Shown: one piece after another, positions 63,021-64,000 of the stretch
How positions within the stretch are numbered: position 1 is the first letter of the stretch
Layout of the letters: each line of letters begins with the position of its first letter
Assembly (NCBI RefSeq): GCF_030684315.1
Contig: NC_081387.1
Coordinates: forward strand, 25,476,647-25,540,646
Direction of reading: 5' to 3'
DNA length: 64,000 nucleotides
Source of the DNA: Stegostoma tigrinum
Lineage: Eukaryota
Notes under the pieces: model-generated
Told to the model about the DNA's origin: nothing
Database searches by the model: none
The model's input: only the letters and a program-made list of their open reading frames with translations
Position numbers and translations under genes: made by a program

Positions 63021-64000
63021 CTGCAAGGAAAAAGACCACATTCATGAGTCAGCTCACCGTCAACCAGACTTAAAGTCATTGGCAAAGACGCCAAAGAAAT
63101 GCCAAATTGTTTGTTTTGACACGGCGAGTTATAGAATTAAGAAGGTGTTGCATTGAAATAAAGTGCATTTCACAAACATCAGACTTCTCCAAATACTTGA
63201 TAGCAATGGGCTTCTATCCACACTGAACTGAAACCCTACTCTGTAAAAAAATTCTCCTGAACATATTTCAGGAACACATGGCTCTGTCTGCTCTTCATGC
63301 TGGTACTATCCCTGTCTATATTTGGATAGTTCCGTTTCAGCTGCTTTAAAATTCTGTCATTTCCTTGCAGATTTGTCCGTCCGTACCTTTCCCATTGCCA
63401 GTTCCCTGTAGAATACACCACGCAATGTAATGATTCTTCTGTCATCCCCTAACTCTAACCAAACATATTCTCTCCTTGATGCTTCTGTCCACACTGTCAT
63501 GTTCAGATTTGCCTCCCTTTCTGCTTTCATTCCTTCCCATTTTTCTTAGAACAGCTTGTATCCAGGAGTATTCAACACCCAGTCCTGCCCTTCCCGGATT
63601 CAGGTCCTCACTGTTGTCCCACCATCAGGTTTCAAAGGGACTAACTGTCCCAGTAATCTGGGAATCATATTTATCACACACTATTCATGCACAATAAACT
63701 GAATTTGGTTTATTCCACTCCCGTTTACTGTGATCTCAATCCTGTTTATTATCATTTCCTCCTTTAATATTACCTGTCTTTGCCAAATCTCTGTGTATCT
63801 TTCATCTCCAGTATGACCTCCTTGTTCGCCCAACGCTGCCATGTTTGCTTAACATCTACTTGATATGCAAGCTGCCTCACAAGGATCTCAATGCTGTTTT
63901 TCTCAGAAGCAAACTGTCAGGCCTGAGCACACCCTAACAACCAATGAATCCAAAACCTCCCTCCTGCACCAACCCTCCACCTGTGCTCTGAGTTGTTCCA

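Noticed and set aside
63021-64000. Leader exon of the Ig-like gene
   Set aside because: The in-frame ATG at 63045 lies in the acceptor polypyrimidine tract, and the donor-like site near 63775 follows a non-hydrophobic, phase-2 frame. The leader is probably beyond the window.

Overview
Eukaryotic, repeat-rich vertebrate DNA. The repeat complement (HE1-like tRNA-derived SINEs, CR1-clade LINEs, Penelope-like elements) points to a cartilaginous fish, probably a shark. Three host genes can be reconstructed from splice signals: (1) the last two coding exons of an RGS3-like regulator of G-protein signalling (+ strand, 1566-3051); (2) a complete three-exon PTGES-like MAPEG gene of 149 aa (- strand, 24052-21438); (3) an immunoglobulin-like gene (- strand, 63020-55400). 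The third is the standout. A single exon encodes a complete V domain including the J-like G strand, with no RSS or D/J segments. Three C1-set exons follow, with no visible transmembrane exon or tailpiece. This is a non-rearranging, IgG-shaped, antibody-like molecule whose architecture matches my recollection of the shark MHC-linked UrIg gene; I could not confirm that identity by sequence. Its leader exon is not in the window. The rest includes an RT plus GIY-YIG Penelope-like element with an inverted 3' copy, many minimal hammerhead ribozyme motifs, a ~5.3 kb 37-bp G-rich satellite just 3' of the Ig-like gene, a 41-bp minisatellite, LINE/SINE remnants and a 138-N assembly gap. Exon boundaries were read at base level; repeat boundaries are approximate.
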